NCBI GenBank assembly: GCA_050010755.1
Contig: JBEKKK010000004.1
Span: 108,498-172,497 of the forward strand
DNA from: Candidatus Bathyarchaeia archaeon
GTDB taxonomy: Archaea; Thermoproteota; Bathyarchaeia; Bathyarchaeales; Bathycorpusculaceae
DNA length: 64,000 nucleotides
Direction of reading: 5' to 3'
The notes below the pieces were generated by a model. It made no database searches. It was not told where the DNA came from and was given only the letters and a program-made list of their open reading frames with translations. The position numbers and the translations under genes are program-made. Below, in pieces: positions 58,747 to 64,000 of this stretch. Each line of letters begins with the position of its first letter. The first letter of the stretch is position 1.

Positions 58747-59787
58747 TCATATGTGTTGTCCGAAGTTTCTGGCCACCAAAGCGATGTCTCTCATGTTGAC
58801 TGTCCCGTCGTTGTTGAGGTCCGAATTGGGATTCCAATTACTTGAGCCAGGCGTAGAGCCGAAAGCTCTGGCAATCAGGGCTACGTCTCGCATGTTAACC
58901 TGCCCATCAGGCCAACCGCTTGAACCCGTGACATCGCCAATTAATGACACTATCACCCAGCCGGCAGTGCAGTTGTTGTTTGCGGTGTTGGTTTCGCCGG
59001 GAACAGGCCAAGCGTAAGCGCTAATCGTATAATTGCCATACGCAAAGCCCGTGGTGTTCCATGTGAACGTTACGTTCGCAGAGTTTCCGCTTGAGAGAGT
59101 GACGTTTGCGGATGAGATGTAGCTCGAGTTGGCGTAGACCGTGACATTGAACGTTTCAGCGTTGCCACCGAAATTTGCGGCTGTTGCAGTGATGTTCCCG
59201 CCGTATCCTCTGCTTATGACTGTCTTGGCTAATGCGAATCTACTCACTGCTACGTCATGACTCGGAGCGGTTACGTTGACTGTCCCGCTGAAATCTGAGT
59301 GAGAAATCGGCTGTCTCGGGATTTCATTGTCCCCGAGAATTGACTCAGCGAGCGGTAATGTTAAGTTGCTAATACCTGCGCCCACCGCCATGAAATTGAC
59401 TGTGAGTATCACTCCATTGCCATTCACTGAATAATCACCTTCGATTGTGGAGTATGCCGACAAACAGCCACACGTGCTGTTGTAATTGTCGTTAACGGTC
59501 TCGCTGAAATACGTGCCCAAAGCGCCGGTCGATTTCAAAAACGAACCTTCAACCGCATTTGTACAGCTTAGGATAGCATTCACATAGTAAAGGTTCAACT
59601 GCCAAGACGTAAAATTGACAACATTCGTCACGTTCACGTTCACGCTGAAAGAGGACCCCGAAATTGTGGTGGAAACTGGCGGATCAACCGCTATTGCAGT
59701 CGAAGGTTGTGCGGATGTTCTGTAAACCGACAATGTTGACATGGATAAAAATAGTATGATGCACACTAGAACAGGTATCCTCTTCAA
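58747..59787 (-). CDS. Secreted cohesin-like + CARDB + dockerin protein
   Basis: Signal peptide; 'FSVNVNVTNV...WQLNLYY...EGSFL' cohesin-like; 'HDVAV...GETNTANN' CARDB; GDV...DGQVNMRD / DLNNDGTVNMRD dockerin. Confidence 0.85.
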   Translation of the reverse strand: MKRIPVLVCIILFLSMSTLSVYRTSAQPSTAIAVDPPVSTTISGSSFSVNVNVTNVVNFTSWQLNLYYVNAILSCTNAVEGSFLKSTGALGTYFSETVNDNYNSTCGCLSAYSTIEGDYSVNGNGVILTVNFMAVGAGISNLTLPLAESILGDNEIPRQPISHSDFSGTVNVTAPSHDVAVSRFALAKTVISRGYGGNITATAANFGGNAETFNVTVYANSSYISSANVTLSSGNSANVTFTWNTTGFAYGNYTISAYAWPVPGETNTANNNCTAGWVIVSLIGDVTGSSGWPDGQVNMRDVALIARAFGSTPGSSNWNPNSDLNNDGTVNMRDIALVARNFGQHI

Positions 59788-60010
59788 CGCTCCTTTCTCC
59801 CCTTTAATTTGCGCTAAAAATATGCTGTAACGATGATATTTAAGACTTCAGGAACAAACTTCTACTTCTAAAAAATACGCGCGGGTAATAGCCATGGCCC
59901 AGACTTAAAGCAAGCATCTTTCTTTTGCCCCTTAGGTTACAAAGTCTGTGTTTGTGTCGACAAAAAAAGAGGTTTTAGCAGCTGCCTTGCTGCGCAACTG
60001 CATGTCATGA

Positions 60011-61219
60011 TCACGGAAGAACGTCGGGTTTGTAATAGTAGTAGTTTGCAGCGACTATAACTAGGTCATAGATGTCGATGATATTGTTGCTGTCCACTTT
60101 GACGTCGTATTTGGCTGCTGGACCGCTGGCAGTCGATTGGTCAAAGTAGGCTGCTACGGTCGAAAGGTCGAGGATGTCGACATGGCCGTCGCAGGACACA
60201 TCACCTTGGATCAAGTTGACGGGCACCGTCACAGCTGTTGGCAGCGTGACTGAACCGATAGATGTCGTTCCTCCACCCAACGTTAGGCTTCCTGTCGTTG
60301 TCTCAAGCGAGATGGTGGCGCTGAACTGGTTCGGTGAGGTTGACGTTTTCCATATGTGCGTGCTACGTTGATCGAATATTATCTGGAAAGTCAACGTGAA
60401 CAACAGTCCACTGCTGCCATGGTATGAGCCGCCTGAGCTGAGCGAAAGATGAACGACGCCTGATATACTGGTGTCCACTGTCGGCGTTGCAAGAACATAT
60501 GGGTCTGTAGGCTGGACTTGCACAAACGTTAGGAATTCCGAGCTGTAGTCCACTCTGAGATCGTAGCCGGTAAGTGGTGAGTTGGTGTTGATGTTGGTTG
60601 CGTAAACCTGAACCTCAACATATTTCCCAAACTCATAGGGCTTATTCGTGTTAGGGTTGACTTTAGTGAATGTGATGCCCGGCGTTATGGCGCTCATGGT
60701 GTATGTTCCATCATTGAATGTTGGAGTGATAGAATTCGCGGCTGAATCACTGAGCTTGACGTTGAGTGGGTCGAACTGGATTGGTGTTGAATGAGGTAAG
60801 TTGTCTGCCTCTACTATGTTGAATGTCAGTGTGAAAAGCGTGGCTGATCCACTGAACCCCGGTGTGCCCTCCTTAACTGCTGCGAATCTGACGTAGCCAT
60901 CACCAGTCTGATAGGGTGGCGTCAAAGGCTCAAGGTAATGGCCAGCGAAAACTGTGTTAAGGGAACTGTCGTCGAGACTTGATAAAGTTATCAGCGAATT
61001 GTCCCATGTTATTTTGATGTCAAAGCCAAACAGATCGCTAACATCACTAATATTCACGGGCACTGTAAAACTAGTGCCCACGTCGCTCGGAATCTTTGCA
61101 ACCGATGAAATAGATAGCGTGGCTGTGCTTGCAGATGCTCTCTGAATTGTAAGGCCAAATGTGAAGATGCTTGCGAAAAGCAGTAGCGTCAAGATACTTG
61201 CTAGATATTTTGTTTTCAT
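60011..61219 (-). CDS. Secreted protein with two cohesin-like domains and a dockerin
   Basis: 'FTVPVNISDVSDLFGFDIKITWDNSL' and 'VEVQVY...GYDLRVDYSSEFL'; GDVSCDGHVDILD...IIDIYD dockerin. Confidence 0.83.
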   Translation of the reverse strand: MKTKYLASILTLLLFASIFTFGLTIQRASASTATLSISSVAKIPSDVGTSFTVPVNISDVSDLFGFDIKITWDNSLITLSSLDDSSLNTVFAGHYLEPLTPPYQTGDGYVRFAAVKEGTPGFSGSATLFTLTFNIVEADNLPHSTPIQFDPLNVKLSDSAANSITPTFNDGTYTMSAITPGITFTKVNPNTNKPYEFGKYVEVQVYATNINTNSPLTGYDLRVDYSSEFLTFVQVQPTDPYVLATPTVDTSISGVVHLSLSSGGSYHGSSGLLFTLTFQIIFDQRSTHIWKTSTSPNQFSATISLETTTGSLTLGGGTTSIGSVTLPTAVTVPVNLIQGDVSCDGHVDILDLSTVAAYFDQSTASGPAAKYDVKVDSNNIIDIYDLVIVAANYYYYKPDVLP

Positions 61220-61340
61220 TTTCCTCCTTTCTCCTTCTAATTTGCAGTTTTAGCAATAGATAGTGTTTGTATTTAAAGGTTCAGTAACATGGTTCTATCA
61301 GGCCTTGTTATAAGGAAAAGAAGGATGGATGTTAGTAGGT

Positions 61341-64000
61341 TTAGGTATATGTGTAGCCGAAGTTTGAGGCAACCATTACCAAGTCGTATAGGTCGATAAT
61401 ATTGTCGCCGTGCAAGTCATAGGCAGATGCAGTGGGCCATGTTGAATCGCCCTGCTTGACGTCGTAGAATCCCGCTACCGTTGCTAGGTCAAGAATGTTC
61501 ACAATGCCGTCGTTGTTTAAGTCGCCACGGATGGGTAGGAACTTGAAAGTAACATTGTTCACGCTAATCTGACTGAGTCCGCTCTCTTGGTATACAAGTT
61601 GTTGAACTTCTGAGCTGAGGCTGGCGTTGTGGAACCATATTTGGCCATCTAACTCGTTGACTTGACCTTGTTTCCATATCATTGTCGCAATGTCTTGGAA
61701 CGTGATGTTTAACAGCCAGCGGTTTCCACTCACGGAAGCCCCAACTACATGTCCTTCAAGTATGCCGTTTACCGGGTCGACACTAGTGATTGTTCCTGAA
61801 CCCAATTCTCCCCACGAAACGCTTACGTAGCTCACCAATGTGGGATTGTAGAGTATTGCAAAGTTGAAATCATCAACAGCTATTGCGTTGGTCACGTTCA
61901 CCTGCAATGTGAACTGCTCGCCATATTTTCTACAGATCATCGCGTCTGGAGACATCTGAAGCAGGGGTTGATACTGTGGGCCTCCGCTAACATTGTATAT
62001 TACGCCATGACCGAAACCACTATCTCCGGACCCTCCTAGGCTTTCAACGCCTACATACCAGCAGTCAAGTGTGTTATCACTGTTGATAATGACGTGGCCG
62101 AGCTCATCGACTGTGAAACTCAGTCCTCCTGCTTCACCTCCCTCCCACGTCCCTGCTGCACCAATTGGAAGTATCGGATTATACGGAGAGAAGGCCAAGT
62201 TTGTCCAGTCCCCAACGCGGCAATATGCGACACCGTCTTCTCTGTAGTTGCCCGTCAAAGTCAAGTACACAGAACCGCCGTATATGTACGTGTAGAGCGG
62301 AGTGAGCAACGAGCTATCCCAGCCATGTCCTTCAGGGACAAGAACGTTTTTCTGTAGATACGTCCAGGTTAACCCATCTGAAGAAGTTAAACAACTCACG
62401 GATGTGGGACCGAGGTACCCTATCCAGTATGTTGAGTTGACGCGCGCACATGAAAACTCCGGGTTGGCGGGGCCTGAGATGACTGGATTTCCTGAATACC
62501 GAGTCAAGTTACCTACCATATAGCCACCGCTCCCGTCAGGTGCAATATCAAGAAATACCAGACCTACTCCAGACCCGGCTTGGTAGTAAACCCAATATGT
62601 TCCATTGATTTTTATGTGGGTGGTTGTCCAGCACAACTCTCCGCCTTCCCATGAATTTGGCACAACAGACAACACTGGATTTCCGGCATATTTGGTCCAG
62701 TTGAGGCCATTGCTACTCCACGCAAATCCGGCTTGTCTTTGCCCTATTGGCGCCCCGTTGTAAAGCATGAAGTAGGTTTCAAAGTCGCGGTCATACCATA
62801 TACATTCATCGTACACCCATCCTTTTTCCCAAGGTTGGGAAGCAACAAAATCTGTGCGTACACGATCAGCCACGCCCCCCGTGAAGTTGATTACTACTTC
62901 GACGGACCATTCATACTTCCCCGTCAAGCCAGAGACCTGTGCTGAAGCTGTAACGTTGAATACTCCAAGATTGGTGAATGTGCAGTTCCATGAAGCAGTT
63001 TGCAGGCCATAATCAACTTGCTGCTGCAAACCGTTCATGTACCAAGTTGTGTCCGCTGACATGACCCAAGATACCTGAAACGCTTGTTGACTTCCTCGAT
63101 CAAGCGTTAACATTGTCGCAGGTGATGCGCTAGTAACGTTCAATGATGATATCGTCTCGAAACTGAATGTCTGGTTGTTCCAGATTCCAAATGATGGGTC
63201 TACCACAGACACCTGCCAAGTGTAAGTGGTGTTAAGTTGGAGACCACTGACGCTTACAGAGTATGTGCCGCTGTAGACGCCCGTACCACTGCCTGAACCG
63301 GTGTCCGGAGTCGTAGTGACATAATAGTTCATCGAATCGTTCAGATAGTCTGTCAAATCAAAGCTGAGCTCAGACAGCGAGGGACCGACTGTTGCGCCGA
63401 TAGCTGGCGAGGGGTTAGAGATGCTCGGAAATTTGAGTGAGAACGTTTCTTCAGACCCAACGCTGTAGAACGATGAAGGCGATTGTTGGTTACTATATTC
63501 TGTTGAGATCCACGACGCACTCCGGACTATGTTTGAAATCCGCACCTCATCAACCGTACCGTTCCAGAAATGGCTATAACCGCTGTAGTTTCTTGCACCT
63601 ATTGTCCTATAGTTAGGGTCATTGGAAAAATAGCTGCCAACGCTACTCAATGTCTGCGCTGCACCGTTAAGATAAAAGCCGATACTGCTTGCGGTTGTTA
63701 CAGCGTCGCACCAGTAAGCCCAAGTTCCGGCAGTCAGATACGCACTGGGAGTCCCCAACCCGTATCTATACGCATCGTTTCCAATGACTATTTTGTTCTC
63801 AGTGTTGTATATGCCCATGCTGACTCCGCTTCCGCCCGTTTCTGTTCCCTCAAAAGCAATAATCGCACCATCTTGTACGAGTGTGGCGGGGTTTGCCCAA
63901 CACTCGATAGTGTAGGGTGGTGACAACCCGAATGGAATAGTAGCATAGGAGCTGGAACCGTCGAAGCCGGCAGCACCATCAATCTTCCCAGTCACGTTGT
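61341..64000 (-). CDS. Large secreted protein (5'-truncated): LamG/ConA-like + Ig + five-bladed glycoside-hydrolase-like propeller + cohesin-like + dockerin
   Basis: 'GTVDEVRIS...WISTEY' LamG; 'YFMLYNG...GFAWSSNGLNWTKYAGNPVL' propeller repeats; 'FTLQVNVTNA...ILYNPTL'; GDLNNDGIVNILD dockerin. Confidence 0.82.
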   Translation of the reverse strand, partial: NVTGKIDGAAGFDGSSSYATIPFGLSPPYTIECWANPATLVQDGAIIAFEGTETGGSGVSMGIYNTENKIVIGNDAYRYGLGTPSAYLTAGTWAYWCDAVTTASSIGFYLNGAAQTLSSVGSYFSNDPNYRTIGARNYSGYSHFWNGTVDEVRISNIVRSASWISTEYSNQQSPSSFYSVGSEETFSLKFPSISNPSPAIGATVGPSLSELSFDLTDYLNDSMNYYVTTTPDTGSGSGTGVYSGTYSVSVSGLQLNTTYTWQVSVVDPSFGIWNNQTFSFETISSLNVTSASPATMLTLDRGSQQAFQVSWVMSADTTWYMNGLQQQVDYGLQTASWNCTFTNLGVFNVTASAQVSGLTGKYEWSVEVVINFTGGVADRVRTDFVASQPWEKGWVYDECIWYDRDFETYFMLYNGAPIGQRQAGFAWSSNGLNWTKYAGNPVLSVVPNSWEGGELCWTTTHIKINGTYWVYYQAGSGVGLVFLDIAPDGSGGYMVGNLTRYSGNPVISGPANPEFSCARVNSTYWIGYLGPTSVSCLTSSDGLTWTYLQKNVLVPEGHGWDSSLLTPLYTYIYGGSVYLTLTGNYREDGVAYCRVGDWTNLAFSPYNPILPIGAAGTWEGGEAGGLSFTVDELGHVIINSDNTLDCWYVGVESLGGSGDSGFGHGVIYNVSGGPQYQPLLQMSPDAMICRKYGEQFTLQVNVTNAIAVDDFNFAILYNPTLVSYVSVSWGELGSGTITSVDPVNGILEGHVVGASVSGNRWLLNITFQDIATMIWKQGQVNELDGQIWFHNASLSSEVQQLVYQESGLSQISVNNVTFKFLPIRGDLNNDGIVNILDLATVAGFYDVKQGDSTWPTASAYDLHGDNIIDLYDLVMVASNFGYTYT

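Noticed and set aside
1-64000. CRISPR array, rRNA, transposase or integrase
   Set aside because: No regularly spaced repeats, rRNA-like segments, or transposase/integrase motifs were seen; the tRNAs show no evident att duplication.

Overview
This is an archaeal chromosomal window, most consistent with Bathyarchaeia (inference from gene content). It carries a Wood-Ljungdahl C1 block (fwdDBAC-mch, fdhD, a RimK/MptN-like ligase), a complete Cdv/ESCRT-III division operon, an fwdF-like polyferredoxin + hdrA + hdrA-mvhD operon without hdrBC, DNA-repair genes (lhr, nucS, nreA, XPD-like), two intron-containing tRNAs and many secreted or surface proteins. The strongest candidates for undescribed biology are five. 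(1) Five secreted proteins carry cohesin-like and/or dockerin modules; three have both, the dockerins fall into two sequence classes, and one protein has a glycoside-hydrolase-like propeller, suggesting a self-assembling cellulosome-like surface network. (2) Three paralogous COG1665-type nucleotidyltransferases with intact catalytic motifs are clustered. (3) Two conserved genes (cdvB and one nucleotidyltransferase) have no in-frame ATG/GTG/TTG at their homology-defined 5' end and appear to start at ATC and ACG/CTG. (4) tRNA-Asp has a D-loop intron. (5) An OSTC/DC2-like (OST3/6 family) membrane protein is present. All family assignments are from motif recognition by eye; no database searches were run.
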